Part shown: positions 28,432 through 38,169 of the stretch, piece after piece
Layout of the letters: every line of letters begins with the position of its first letter
Position numbering within the stretch: position 1 is the first letter of the stretch
DNA from: Candidatus Woesearchaeota archaeon
GTDB lineage: Archaea; Nanobdellota; Nanobdellia; Pacearchaeales; GW2011-AR1
Assembly: GCA_964519415.1 (NCBI GenBank)
Contig: CAZFJM010000003.1
Span: 5,668-69,667, forward strand
DNA length: 64,000 bases
Reading direction: 5' to 3'
Made by a program: the position numbers and the translations under genes
The notes under the pieces: model-generated
What the model was told of the DNA's origin: nothing
Seen by the model: the letters and a program-made list of their open reading frames with translations, nothing else
Databases searched by the model: none

Positions 28432-28920
28432 CTATTGTGAATGAACACATAATGCCACAAAATAATAACTATCTGTTTTTCCACGTTCCAAAACCTTTCC
28501 TTTTCCATCAACTATCCTAAATCCATAAGCCAAATCTGGATAGTCGGGTACGGTAGTAGCTGACCAAAAACCATGAATTTCAAGTTCATTAGTCCAAAAA
28601 GAATTATTTTTAGCAGAATCATACACGAGTTCTAATTCCTCTAAATTAGGTAATCTCCAATCCTCAAATTCTTCTAAATTCAAAGAATTGCAATATGCAA
28701 TAGAATCATTCCAATTAGTCCTTTCTTGACCAGAGCTTCTTTGCCACATTAAATTGTTAGCTTTATCGATAACAATATCTCCATTTTGATTTAAGGAGTA
28801 GTCTGGATCTTTCAGTTTACCGTTGACTTCTGAACCATTATTATAAAAAATAAATAAAAACAAAATTATTCCAAAAAATAGCAAGAGAAGTAATAGCAAA
28901 ATAATCCATCTTTTTTTCAT
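28432..28920 (-). CDS. membrane-anchored DUF1566 (Lcl C-terminal domain)-like protein
   Basis: N-terminal TM then NLMWQRSSG...WNDSIAYCNSL...WRLPNLEEL, the DUF1566 signature (recalled). Mostly a bacterial family. Confidence 0.45.
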   Translation of the reverse strand: MKKRWIILLLLLLLFFGIILFLFIFYNNGSEVNGKLKDPDYSLNQNGDIVIDKANNLMWQRSSGQERTNWNDSIAYCNSLNLEEFEDWRLPNLEELELVYDSAKNNSFWTNELEIHGFWSATTVPDYPDLAYGFRIVDGKGKVLERGKTDSYYFVALCVHSQ

Positions 28921-28935
28921 AATAAGGATATATAT

Positions 28936-29586
28936 TTATCTTATATAAATCTTTTCCAATTCTTTTGCATCTTCATCAAATCCTCTTAATCTTAGAAATT
29001 TTATAAACGGAACTTGATCATATTTAATCAGATCTTTTTCTTCAATTTCTTTTAGTCTAAAATCGCCTGCAATGTCATGTTTCTTTATTATTTCTAAAAT
29101 CTTTCTTCCGATTGTATTGCTCAAAACAGCAGAATCAAAACAGTCTCCGTAAGTTTCTTTTAGATAGTTATCTATTTCTTCTTTTTGTATTTCATCTATG
29201 GGAAACTTGTCATCAAATTCTTTTTTACAATTAAATTTTGGACACTCTGAAAAACAACTTGCTCCGAAATTATCTCCGATGTGTAACTTTGCAGTCCATA
29301 AAAGAGGGAACTGTCTGCATATAATTGCTCTATCTTCATAGACGGAACATTTTTTATTTTCTAAGAAAGGGCATGGCTCTGTAGTCATTCCATATAAATA
29401 TACAAAAACAATTCCAGATTTTTTATCTAACAAATATTTAACAGGTTTAAAACCTATTTTAACATTTTTAGTTTTAGCAATTTTCTTATAGCTATCGACT
29501 TCAGATTCAAAAATAGGCAAATATTTATGATCTGCATCTCCAAAATTACTGCAACATACTCCGCAACACTTACATTCAAATTTCAT
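28936..29586 (-). CDS. YkgJ/UPF0153-type Cys-cluster protein (CxxCGxCC)
   Basis: CKCCGVCC near the N-terminus and further Cys motifs. Paralog at 61654..62337. Confidence 0.5.
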   Translation of the reverse strand: MKFECKCCGVCCSNFGDADHKYLPIFESEVDSYKKIAKTKNVKIGFKPVKYLLDKKSGIVFVYLYGMTTEPCPFLENKKCSVYEDRAIICRQFPLLWTAKLHIGDNFGASCFSECPKFNCKKEFDDKFPIDEIQKEEIDNYLKETYGDCFDSAVLSNTIGRKILEIIKKHDIAGDFRLKEIEEKDLIKYDQVPFIKFLRLRGFDEDAKELEKIYIR

Positions 29587-29627
29587 AAAATTGAGTATTT
29601 AATTGAGTTCAAATAGCTATGTTTTAT

Positions 29628-30032
29628 TTACGTTCTTTGAAAAATATGTTTACGTTCTATAAAAATTTTTTCAGCTTCTTCGACAACATCTACTACACTG
29701 TGCGCAGTTATTAGTTTACAATTTTGAGGACATCTATTTTTATCTAAAAATTCAAGAGTGTCTTTATCCTCCTCTAAATTTACTGCCCAAACATAAAAAA
29801 GAGTATTCGGGTTTGCATTTATGTGCTCGCCAATTTTTGGATAACACTGTTCATGGTTCTTTCTTATTCCATGCACTATTGCTACAGGACGATTTATTTG
29901 ATAAGGGGAAGAGTATTGGCAAAGGCAAGGGAGTTCTATAATTTTGGCACCTAATACGCTAAAAACCATACTTACTGATTTTCCAGTTTCACTACTATTA
30001 AAATGATGGTTATAAAATGGAATTGTTATCAT
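29628..30032 (-). CDS. hypothetical protein, 134 aa
   Basis: ORF track; overlaps the next gene by 4 nt. Confidence 0.3.
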   Translation of the reverse strand: MITIPFYNHHFNSSETGKSVSMVFSVLGAKIIELPCLCQYSSPYQINRPVAIVHGIRKNHEQCYPKIGEHINANPNTLFYVWAVNLEEDKDTLEFLDKNRCPQNCKLITAHSVVDVVEEAEKIFIERKHIFQRT

Positions 30033-30328
30033 TTTTGTTTTTCTCCATCCAAGGCATCTAATTTTTTTTGAAGTAATCCTAGGATATATTCTTTTTCAGA
30101 TTGTCTTATTTTTTTAGAACTTATTGTAGAAATCTCAAGCTTATCGTTTTCTTTTTTATATTCTTTAAAACTAAATACTCTTAAACCATGATACTTATCC
30201 TTGGTTGCCATTACGTGCCTTATTCCTCCATGTGTTTGGATACCTAAATATATGTATGAGTCTTTGTCCCTATTTATTTGATAAATTTCTCCATAAACAA
30301 GTTTATCTTCTATACTCATAATCTCCAC
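30029..30328 (-). CDS. hypothetical protein
   Basis: Track start at 30328 is a GTG inside the overlap with the upstream gene. Likely real start is the ATG (MSIEDK...) at 30317-30319, ATGA-overlapped with the M29 stop. Confidence 0.3.
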   Translation of the reverse strand: MEIMSIEDKLVYGEIYQINRDKDSYIYLGIQTHGGIRHVMATKDKYHGLRVFSFKEYKKENDKLEISTISSKKIRQSEKEYILGLLQKKLDALDGEKQK

Positions 30329-31467
30329 TCTCCATCTTTTTGTACTAGTTTATCATCTAAATAAATCTCTCCGCCAGGAAAATTAGCTAGATCTCTAGCA
30401 TCTCTTCTTAAATCACAAACAATATCCCAATGTAAAGAAGATTTATTTAAGCTTCCGCCACTCTGTAAATTAGAAGAACAGCCGTTTCCAAGAGCTAAAT
30501 GAATGGTGCCTCCAATTTTTTCATCAAATAATAAATTCTTAGCATATTTTTTAATTCCGCGATTATATCCTATTCCAAACTCTCCAACAGTTCTTGCTCC
30601 TGGAATATTTAACATTTCTTCTAAAAAAGATTTATTTTCTCTTGCATCAAAGTCTAAAACTTTTCCATTTTCAAACCTTAATCTTATACCTGAAATTTCT
30701 TGTCCATTTTCAAGAGCGGGGTGCTGAAAGAAAACAGTTCCATTCATAGAATCCTCGACCGGGCCATAAAATAATTCTCCATCCGGCATATTAAATTTTC
30801 CAGCACAAATTTCTCCAGCTCTTGCTTCAATACTAAAACTTAAATCTGTCTGACCGGGGACATATAGTCTAACTCTTTTAGCCTTATCAAAAATTGCTTT
30901 CATATGCTTCATCTCTTCTCCAGTTTTTTCCCAATCAACTCCTAATGTGGCAGAATAAACAAAATCACTATAATCTTTAAATGACATTTTCATATCTTTT
31001 GCTTCTGCAATTCCTGGGAATCCGACAATATTCCATCTAACAATATAGTTGTGCTTTTCATCCTCTCGATATAAAACGTCCTTGTATGGGCCTATAACTT
31101 CTGAGTTAAATTCAGAGATTAATTGGGGATTTTCATTAGCTAATTGTAATGGATTTTCAGTGCAATCAATTAAACATCTAGAAGTACACTGCGCAGCAAG
31201 CCCTTTTCTTCTTTCCAATTCAGCAGCCCATTCTTCTCTATGATGTAATAAATGCTGAGTTCTTTTAAGATTCCAGCTTCCAAAATCCTGCAGAACTTTA
31301 GCTCCTCTTTTTTCTGCAACACTTGTAAATAACTCCGCGTAACCTTTGTAAAAAGGATCTACTTGCAATAAAAATACATCTCCTTCTCTAATTGAACAAG
31401 AATAATCTACTACTAACTCTGCTAGTTTTTTAGCACGAATATTATTAGAAAGACTCATAATTTCCAC
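30316..31467 (-). CDS. M29-family aminopeptidase (AmpS/PepS-like), copy A
   Basis: C-terminal EKIGGTIHLALG...SSLHWDIV...GGEIYLDDKLVQKDGEWRL matches M29. Paralog of the upstream gene. Real start probably ATG 31456-31458 (MSLSNN). Confidence 0.55.
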   Translation of the reverse strand: MEIMSLSNNIRAKKLAELVVDYSCSIREGDVFLLQVDPFYKGYAELFTSVAEKRGAKVLQDFGSWNLKRTQHLLHHREEWAAELERRKGLAAQCTSRCLIDCTENPLQLANENPQLISEFNSEVIGPYKDVLYREDEKHNYIVRWNIVGFPGIAEAKDMKMSFKDYSDFVYSATLGVDWEKTGEEMKHMKAIFDKAKRVRLYVPGQTDLSFSIEARAGEICAGKFNMPDGELFYGPVEDSMNGTVFFQHPALENGQEISGIRLRFENGKVLDFDARENKSFLEEMLNIPGARTVGEFGIGYNRGIKKYAKNLLFDEKIGGTIHLALGNGCSSNLQSGGSLNKSSLHWDIVCDLRRDARDLANFPGGEIYLDDKLVQKDGEWRL

Positions 31468-32525
31468 TCTCCATTTTCTTGAATAACATTCCCATCTACA
31501 ATCATCTTTGCTTTTTTCATAGATTTAACAATGTCCCAGTGTATAGCAGAATCATTTCCACCACCATTATCTTTGTAAGCCATTCCTAATGCAAGGTGTA
31601 TGGTTCCTCCAATTTTCTCGTCGAATAAAAGATTGTTTGTATATTTTGTAACTTTTGGATTGCATCCAATTCCTAATTCTCCAACATAAGATGCGTTTTC
31701 ATCTGTTGCCAATAGCTCTTTTAATAAATCTTCATTTTTACTTGCTTTGGATTCAACAACTTTTCCATTTTCAAATCTTAAGAAAATATCAGAAACTTCT
31801 TTTCCATTTTTGATTGAGTTATAATCAAATTTAATCCAGCCGTTCAAGCTTTCTCTAACTGGTGCCATAAAAATTTCTCCTGCCGGCATATTATCAAAAT
31901 CTAAATCAGATTTAGCAAGTTTTCCATGAACTTTCATTTTCAAATCAACTCCTTCGCCAATTAAATGAACAGATGAATTTTCTTTAAATTTAGATAAAGC
32001 TTTTGTCATTATTCTTTTCAATTTATTCCAATCTTGTAAGCATGCAGAATAAACAAAATTTTCATATTCAGTAAAAGACATTTCTGCTTCTTGTGCTAAT
32101 GCTAAACAAGGATAAGCAATTGTACATCTTTTTATTTTATCTTTTTCATTACAAACATAATCAGATATTTTATGTGTGATTTTTCCACGAGTAGCCATTT
32201 TCTTAGAATCACAACTTGATAACTCTCTAGTGTTTAATTCAGTATCAATTCCAATATATCCATCAGCTTGTTTTACTGTATCAAACCAATATTCTGGAAA
32301 ATGTTCTAGTTGTTCTTTAGTTGCATATTTATAAAAAAAGTCATTAACTTCTGGAAGACCGACTTTAACAATTGGAATTGCTTTTTGTAAAATAATTTCT
32401 TTGTATAATTCGACTAAAAAAGGAACTGCTTCAGTGCCGCCCGATATGATTATTTTATGTCCTGGTTTTACATTTACTCCTTCTCTTACTGCAAGTTGTG
32501 CAAGTTTTCTAGTTCTAGGATCCAT
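31455..32525 (-). CDS. M29-family aminopeptidase, copy B
   Basis: Same C-terminal motif block (EKIGGTIHLALG...SAIHWDIV...NGEWKL). 356 aa. Confidence 0.55.
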   Translation of the reverse strand: MDPRTRKLAQLAVREGVNVKPGHKIIISGGTEAVPFLVELYKEIILQKAIPIVKVGLPEVNDFFYKYATKEQLEHFPEYWFDTVKQADGYIGIDTELNTRELSSCDSKKMATRGKITHKISDYVCNEKDKIKRCTIAYPCLALAQEAEMSFTEYENFVYSACLQDWNKLKRIMTKALSKFKENSSVHLIGEGVDLKMKVHGKLAKSDLDFDNMPAGEIFMAPVRESLNGWIKFDYNSIKNGKEVSDIFLRFENGKVVESKASKNEDLLKELLATDENASYVGELGIGCNPKVTKYTNNLLFDEKIGGTIHLALGMAYKDNGGGNDSAIHWDIVKSMKKAKMIVDGNVIQENGEWKL

Positions 32526-32526
32526 T

Positions 32527-32814
32527 TTATTCTTTTCCTCTCATAGCTTCAAGTCTTGCCATAAAATCATCTACTTGAAATTTGTCTGCTAATTCTTTCA
32601 ATGTTGAATCTACCTCTTCTCTAGGGGATTGTCCATAAAAATACATGTCTTTTCCTCTTTCTTCAATTAATCTAAAATTGTTCTTACCTGGGACAGCTCT
32701 AAAAACTGTAAGGCACTCCATAACGTTATTTGGGAGAACTATGTTAAGCTCGTAACGAATTTCACCGTTAGTTCTTAGCAATCTTCTTGTAAGGTATTCG
32801 TAGTCAGTTTTCAT
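32527..32814 (-). CDS. hypothetical protein, 95 aa
   Basis: ORF track. Confidence 0.3.
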   Translation of the reverse strand: MKTDYEYLTRRLLRTNGEIRYELNIVLPNNVMECLTVFRAVPGKNNFRLIEERGKDMYFYGQSPREEVDSTLKELADKFQVDDFMARLEAMRGKE

Positions 32815-32916
32815 TTTTATTTAGAATTCCTAGGCGAATTCAACCAGCACTTTGCCAATCAATCACCTTAATTATATCCATTATTCTGACTTTAAAAACT
32901 TATAGAATACTTAAAA

Positions 32917-32990
32917 TGAGCCCGCCAGGATTTGAACCTGGGACCCCCGCCGTATCAGGACGATGCGCTACCGGGCTGCGCTACGGGCTC
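32917..32990 (-). tRNA. tRNA-Ile (anticodon GAT)
   Basis: Hand-folded. Acceptor GAGCCCG/CGGGCTC; D-arm GCGC-AGCCCGGTA-GCGC; anticodon loop CT-GAT-AC; T-arm CCAGG-TTCAAAT-CCTGG; 74 nt. Two G.U pairs in the anticodon stem. Confidence 0.7.
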
Positions 32991-33147
32991 AGTTATATGC
33001 AGAACTATTAGACAATAATCCTGAACGATTAGAGGTGATACCCTCAAAATATTCTAATTTAATTGGTTTTTAAAAGTTGGTATTTACCTATTTTGACAAA
33101 AGAGTATTCATCCAAACCCTTATATATGTAATCTCGTTTACTAGTAT

Positions 33148-33387
33148 ATGGATAATCATTTACAAATTAGAAATAAAACTGCAATTTCTTTCAGAAAATC
33201 AAAAAAAAGTATTCAAGGTTTCAAAACTTTAGGAATAACAACAAGAAAATACTATTCTGAAAACGATAGAACTAGAGAGAGATATAAAAAAGCAGGCGAC
33301 AGAATGCGTGAAAGATTTAGAAAATCAAAAGGACTTAGAGCAGATGGAAGGCTAAAACGACGTGTTAAGCATAGAAAAAGAAGATAG
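33148..33387 (+). CDS. small highly basic hypothetical protein, 79 aa
   Basis: ORF track. TATA-like TTATATAT ~30 nt upstream. Arg/Lys-rich tail. Could be spurious. Confidence 0.25.
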   Translation: MDNHLQIRNKTAISFRKSKKSIQGFKTLGITTRKYYSENDRTRERYKKAGDRMRERFRKSKGLRADGRLKRRVKHRKRR

Positions 33388-33401
33388 TTTTACAAAATTT
33401 T

Positions 33402-34457
33402 TTATTCGTCCAATTCTCTTAATTCTTCAAATAACTTTGTTTGAGCTTTACTTAACTTAGTGGGTGTTTTTACAGTAATTTTGACAAATTGATCTCCATG
33501 ATGGCTTGAGCTATTCAAAACAGGAATTCCTCTTCCCTTAAGTCTTAAAACACTTCCAGATTGTGTTCCGCTAGCTACCTTAATCTTTATTTCTTCAGAA
33601 TTTAATGTTGGAATTGAAATCTCCGCACCCAAAGCCGCCTGTGCAAAACTTATGGTTAGGTCCATATAAATATCAAATTTATCTCTACTGAAAATTTTAT
33701 GTGGTTTAACTTTAACCAACAAATATAAATCTCCATCATCTCCGTTTTTAGTTGCGTTTCCGCCACCTGGAACTCTTAATGTTTGGCCATTATCAATTCC
33801 CTTTGGAATTTTTACCTTAACTTTCTCTCTACTTTCAAAAACTCCTTGCCCGTCACAATGTGGACATGCGTTTTCAGGAATTTGTCCTTCACCATTACAG
33901 TTGTCACATCTTCCTACTTGACTAATCATTCCAAAAGGAGTTCTTTGATTAATTTTTATTCTACCTTGACCATTACACTTAGAACATTTTCTAAATACTT
34001 TATCTTCTGCACCGGTTCCATCACATAATTCGCAAGGGATATTCTTTTTAATTAAAATTTCTTTCTCAACTCCAAAAACTGCCTCATTAAATTCAATTGT
34101 TATTTCATAACGTAAATCTGGATCAACTTCCTCATCATCGTAATCTCCTCCAAATCCTCCTCTAAATAAATCTCCAAAAATATCTGAAAATCCGCCGCCA
34201 TGAGAACCAGAAGAACGACCACTGAAAGGACTTTCTCCGCCCATATCATATTTTCTTCTTTTTTCAGGATTCTCAATCGTACTGTAAGCTTCATTTATTT
34301 CTTTAAATTTATCCTCATATTCTTTTTTCTTGTCAGCTGCCGCTTTGTCTGGATGATACTTCAAAGCTAGTTTCTTGTAAGCTTTCTTAATAGTATCTTC
34401 AGAATCGGTCTTCTTCACGCCGAGAATTTCATAATAGTCTTTCCTTATTGCTGTCAT
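33402..34457 (-). CDS. dnaJ: chaperone DnaJ (type I Hsp40)
   Basis: J domain with HPD (DYYEILGV...YHPDK), G/F region, four CxxCxG Zn repeats, C-terminal domain. Confidence 0.9.
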   Translation of the reverse strand: MTAIRKDYYEILGVKKTDSEDTIKKAYKKLALKYHPDKAAADKKKEYEDKFKEINEAYSTIENPEKRRKYDMGGESPFSGRSSGSHGGGFSDIFGDLFRGGFGGDYDDEEVDPDLRYEITIEFNEAVFGVEKEILIKKNIPCELCDGTGAEDKVFRKCSKCNGQGRIKINQRTPFGMISQVGRCDNCNGEGQIPENACPHCDGQGVFESREKVKVKIPKGIDNGQTLRVPGGGNATKNGDDGDLYLLVKVKPHKIFSRDKFDIYMDLTISFAQAALGAEISIPTLNSEEIKIKVASGTQSGSVLRLKGRGIPVLNSSSHHGDQFVKITVKTPTKLSKAQTKLFEELRELDE

Positions 34458-34499
34458 ATTGAATTAGAAACGTTTGCTTTTTTAAAGGCATCTATAGAA

Positions 34500-36305
34500 T
34501 TACTTCTTTTCGTCAACAACTTCTGCATCAACTACTTTAGACTCGTTCTTAGCTTCAGCTTGTGCAGCTTGTTCTTTAGCAGATTGTTCGTAGATTTTTA
34601 CACCAAGTTCTTGTGAAATTCTCTTTGTATTTTCTAATTCTGCTTTAATAGTTTGGATATTAGTACCGCTTAATGCTTTCTTCAATTCTTCCATTTGCTT
34701 TTGTATCTTATTGATTACGTCTTTAAGTTGTGCATTATCCTTATATTCTTCCATCATTTTTTCAGTGGAATAAATCAAAGATTCAGCTTCGTTTCTAGCC
34801 AAGATTAAATCTCTCTTCTTGATATCTTCTTCTTTGAATTTAGCAGAATCCTTAACCATTTTCTCGATTTCTTCTTCAGTTAAAGCTCCACCAGTAACAA
34901 CAATCTTCTGTTCTTTACCAGTTCCTAAATCTTTAGCAGAAACTTTAACGATACCGTTTGTATCAATATCAAATGTAACTTCAATTTGAGGTATTCCTCT
35001 TGGTGCTGGAGGTATTCCAACTAAGTCGAATTTACCTAAAGATTTATTGTCTTCAGCCATTTCTCTTTCGCCTTGTAAAACATTGATTGTTACAGCTTGT
35101 TGACCATCAGCAGCAGTTGTGAAAACTTCGCTCTTCTTTGTAGGGATAGTTGTATTTCTATCAATTAAAGCTACTCTGATTCCGCCCATTGTTTCAATAC
35201 CTAATGTTAAAGGTGTAACGTCTAAAAGTAAGATATCTGTAATGTCTCCGCCGATAATTGCGCCTTGGATTGCAGCTCCTAATGAAACAGCTTCATCTGG
35301 ATTAACAGACTTGTCTGGAACTAAACCTGTAAGGTCTTGAACTATCTTTTGAACCATAGGGATTCTTGTAGAACCGCCAACTAAAATAACTTTATCGATT
35401 TTTGGATTTTTAGCGTCTTTGATTGCTTGTTTTACTGGATTCTTTAATTTTTCAAAGATAGGATCACAGATTTTTTCAAAGTTTGATCTTGTTATTGTAA
35501 CATCTAAGTGCTTTGGTCCATCAGCAGCTGCAGCAATATATGGGATTGTTACCTTTGTTTGTTGAGCTGAGCTTAATTCAATCTTTGCCTTTTCAGAAGC
35601 ATCTCTAAGTCTTTGTAAAGCAACTAAATCAGTTTTCAAATCGATTCCATTGTCTTTCTTGAATTCAGCAGCTAAATAATCAATTAATAAGTTATCAATA
35701 TCGTCTCCACCTAAGAAGTTATCTCCGCTTGTAGATTTAACTTCGAAAATTCCGCCGCCAAGTTCTAAGATAGAAACATCAAAAGTTCCGCCACCAAAGT
35801 CGAAAACTAAGATTGTGTGATCATGAGATTTTTCTAAACCATATGCTAATGAAGCTGCAGTTGGTTCGTTAATAATTCTTTTTACATTTAATCCAGCAAT
35901 AACACCTGCATCCTTTGTTGCGTTTCTTTGAGCGTCTCCAAAATAAGCTGGAACTGTGATAACAGCATCAGTTACTTCATGACCTAAATATGCTTCAGCA
36001 TCTTTCTTTAATTTTCCTAAAATCATAGCAGAAATTTGTTCAGGAGAATATTCTTTGTCTCCAATTTGAGTCATTTTCTTTGTACCCATTAATCTTTTAA
36101 TACTTCTAACTGTATTTTTTGTGTTTGCAACTGCGCCTCTTTTAGCGACGTCACCAACTAAAATTTCATTTCCAGTTATAGAAACTACGCTAGGTGTTGT
36201 ATTGTTACCTTCTGTATTTGGAATGATCTTTGCTCTTCCACCTTCCATGATGCTTACAGCTGAGAATGTTGTTCCTAAATCAATTCCGATAATTTTGCTA
36301 CTCAT
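34500..36305 (-). CDS. dnaK: chaperone DnaK (Hsp70)
   Basis: [24 protein letters not shown] and other Hsp70 signatures. 601 aa. Confidence 0.95.
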   Translation of the reverse strand: MSSKIIGIDLGTTFSAVSIMEGGRAKIIPNTEGNNTTPSVVSITGNEILVGDVAKRGAVANTKNTVRSIKRLMGTKKMTQIGDKEYSPEQISAMILGKLKKDAEAYLGHEVTDAVITVPAYFGDAQRNATKDAGVIAGLNVKRIINEPTAASLAYGLEKSHDHTILVFDFGGGTFDVSILELGGGIFEVKSTSGDNFLGGDDIDNLLIDYLAAEFKKDNGIDLKTDLVALQRLRDASEKAKIELSSAQQTKVTIPYIAAAADGPKHLDVTITRSNFEKICDPIFEKLKNPVKQAIKDAKNPKIDKVILVGGSTRIPMVQKIVQDLTGLVPDKSVNPDEAVSLGAAIQGAIIGGDITDILLLDVTPLTLGIETMGGIRVALIDRNTTIPTKKSEVFTTAADGQQAVTINVLQGEREMAEDNKSLGKFDLVGIPPAPRGIPQIEVTFDIDTNGIVKVSAKDLGTGKEQKIVVTGGALTEEEIEKMVKDSAKFKEEDIKKRDLILARNEAESLIYSTEKMMEEYKDNAQLKDVINKIQKQMEELKKALSGTNIQTIKAELENTKRISQELGVKIYEQSAKEQAAQAEAKNESKVVDAEVVDEKK

Positions 36306-36859
36306 TTTGTATCCTTTAACCTACTAACTTTGACTTTTGATGCCCTTAAAAGCTTTTCGTTTATTAAATATCCTTTCTGAATCTCTTCCACGATGACGTT
36401 TTCTTTTTCACCCTCAACTCTAACAACTGCTTCATGTATATTCGGATTAAAATTTCCTTTAGAATTAACTACTCTCAAACCAAATTTTGTTAATGTTTCT
36501 TTTAGCTCGTCGTAAATCATTTGAACTCCGGGATCTTTATTATGTTTTAAAGCTAATTCAAAATGATCTAATGTTGGTAATAATTCTGAAATTAAATTTG
36601 CATTTGCATTAACTAAAATTTCTTGCTTTTCTTTATCCATTCTTTTTCTGGAATTATCAAATTCTGCTTGTAATCTTGCAATTTTATCCATATATTCTGC
36701 TTCTTTGCTTACTTCTTCTTGAGGAACTTCTGTTGCTGCTTCTTTGAATGCATTTAATATTTTATTCATCATTTCATTACCTTCAGCATCTGACATTTCT
36801 GGAACTTCGTCTGTAACAGGAACTTCCTTTTTGTCTTTTGAATTTTTATTTTCTACCAT
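36302..36859 (-). CDS. grpE: nucleotide exchange factor GrpE
   Basis: Coiled-coil then beta domain. Stop overlaps the dnaK start. Completes a grpE-dnaK-dnaJ operon. Confidence 0.8.
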   Translation of the reverse strand: MVENKNSKDKKEVPVTDEVPEMSDAEGNEMMNKILNAFKEAATEVPQEEVSKEAEYMDKIARLQAEFDNSRKRMDKEKQEILVNANANLISELLPTLDHFELALKHNKDPGVQMIYDELKETLTKFGLRVVNSKGNFNPNIHEAVVRVEGEKENVIVEEIQKGYLINEKLLRASKVKVSRLKDTK

Positions 36860-36953
36860 AAATATAGTTCACAATAATGCCTTTTAAAGGATTTGGTTTT
36901 GGGTTTTTTCCTCAGAGGCTCAGATTTATAAGGGCACATTTAGATATATTTTT

Positions 36954-37487
36954 ATGGTAAAAATCAAAGGAAACGAAATAGCACTTCCAAGCATTACAAA
37001 TTCATTTGAACGTAGATCTGTTCAAATTCAAAATAGTATTATGTCTACATTAAAACAATTAGGAATAGATCGAGATAATGTTAGAATGCCTATGGAAAGA
37101 ATTGCACAAAAAAAAGCACCAGCTTCTGTAGAATGGTGGTTCCAAGGAAGAAACTTAAAATATAGTTATTCTTTAATGCCTCGGTTTATTGAAAATCTTT
37201 GTGTTATTGATAAAGTTTTGAAAATAGAAGTTGATAAGTTAGTTTCTAAAGAAATAACATTCGACCAATTTGCTCGTGAATTTTCAGAAGATGATGATTT
37301 GTCTGAACAACGTGCAGAAGCAAGAAAAACATTAGGCGTAGATGTTAATGAAAAAGATTTTGATTTAATTAGTAAGAAATACAAAGATTTAGCTAGAAAG
37401 CATCACCCAGATATGCCTGAGGGAGATCACGATCTTTTCCAAAAAGTTAATGCTGCACACAAGTTAATAGCTAAAGAATTAACTTAA
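36954..37487 (+). CDS. accessory J-domain protein (C-terminal truncated J domain with HPD)
   Basis: C-terminus DLISKKYKDLARKHHPDMPEGDHDLFQKVNAAHKLI is helix II-HPD-helix III of a J domain. No G/F or Zn-finger region. Confidence 0.5.
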   Translation: MVKIKGNEIALPSITNSFERRSVQIQNSIMSTLKQLGIDRDNVRMPMERIAQKKAPASVEWWFQGRNLKYSYSLMPRFIENLCVIDKVLKIEVDKLVSKEITFDQFAREFSEDDDLSEQRAEARKTLGVDVNEKDFDLISKKYKDLARKHHPDMPEGDHDLFQKVNAAHKLIAKELT

Positions 37488-37489
37488 AA

Positions 37490-38131
37490 TTATCCTTTTA
37501 ATCTTAAAAATATTTTATCGCCCTTTATAGCCATTCCAAGAATTTCTACTTTTGAAGGAAGTTTCTTCACATAACATTTGTCTTTGGTATAAGCTTTCAA
37601 TTCTAAACTCTGTTCGAGTTTTGTTAAAGTAATATCTTTTTTAGCTGTAACTCCTGGTGTTTCAATTTCATAAATCAATCCCTCTGGTAATCTTCTAATA
37701 GTTGACTTCGCAGGAACTTGCTTTAATTTAGCTCTTCTTTCTCTTTCTTCATCTGGAACTCTTTCATTAAATGTTTCAATAGAACTAATGCTCTTTGTTT
37801 GTTCAGCTGGTTGAGGATTCATAGCCTGCATTTTTGGCATTCCAGTAGAAATTTGTATCTTGAAACCTTTAGGTTTTGGTCCGTTCATATTATCAATATT
37901 AGACATCTCTTTCTCAATCTGCTTCATTAAAGAATTAACAATACCGTTAAAACCGAAAGGTAACTTCAAATCATTGACTGCTTGCTGTAATTCAACTTGA
38001 TCATTATTGCCTAGCATTCCGTAATCTTCTTGAAGATTCTTTTTAGCTTTTAGTGGAACTCCGCACCACGGGCAGTATAGAAACTTTCTCTCTACTTTCT
38101 CTTTACATGAATGGCATTTTTTCTTAAACAT
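37490..38131 (-). CDS. Zn-ribbon protein with C-terminal Hsp20/alpha-crystallin-like domain
   Basis: N-terminal CHSC...CPWC. C-terminus IYEIETPGVTAKKDITL...YVKKLPSKVEILGMAIKGDKIFLRL resembles the ACD pattern. Confidence 0.35.
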   Translation of the reverse strand: MFKKKCHSCKEKVERKFLYCPWCGVPLKAKKNLQEDYGMLGNNDQVELQQAVNDLKLPFGFNGIVNSLMKQIEKEMSNIDNMNGPKPKGFKIQISTGMPKMQAMNPQPAEQTKSISSIETFNERVPDEERERRAKLKQVPAKSTIRRLPEGLIYEIETPGVTAKKDITLTKLEQSLELKAYTKDKCYVKKLPSKVEILGMAIKGDKIFLRLKG

Positions 38132-38169
38132 AAAATTAAACCCTCTTAAAATATTAAATTAGTGAGTAT

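Noticed and set aside
30029-31467. Identical MEIMS N-termini of the 99-aa ORF and M29 copy A, suggesting a shared domain
   Set aside because: Both track starts are GTG codons inside the conserved stop/start overlap (ggagagtgga.attATGAgt). The real starts are the ATGs a few codons in, after which the proteins are unrelated.
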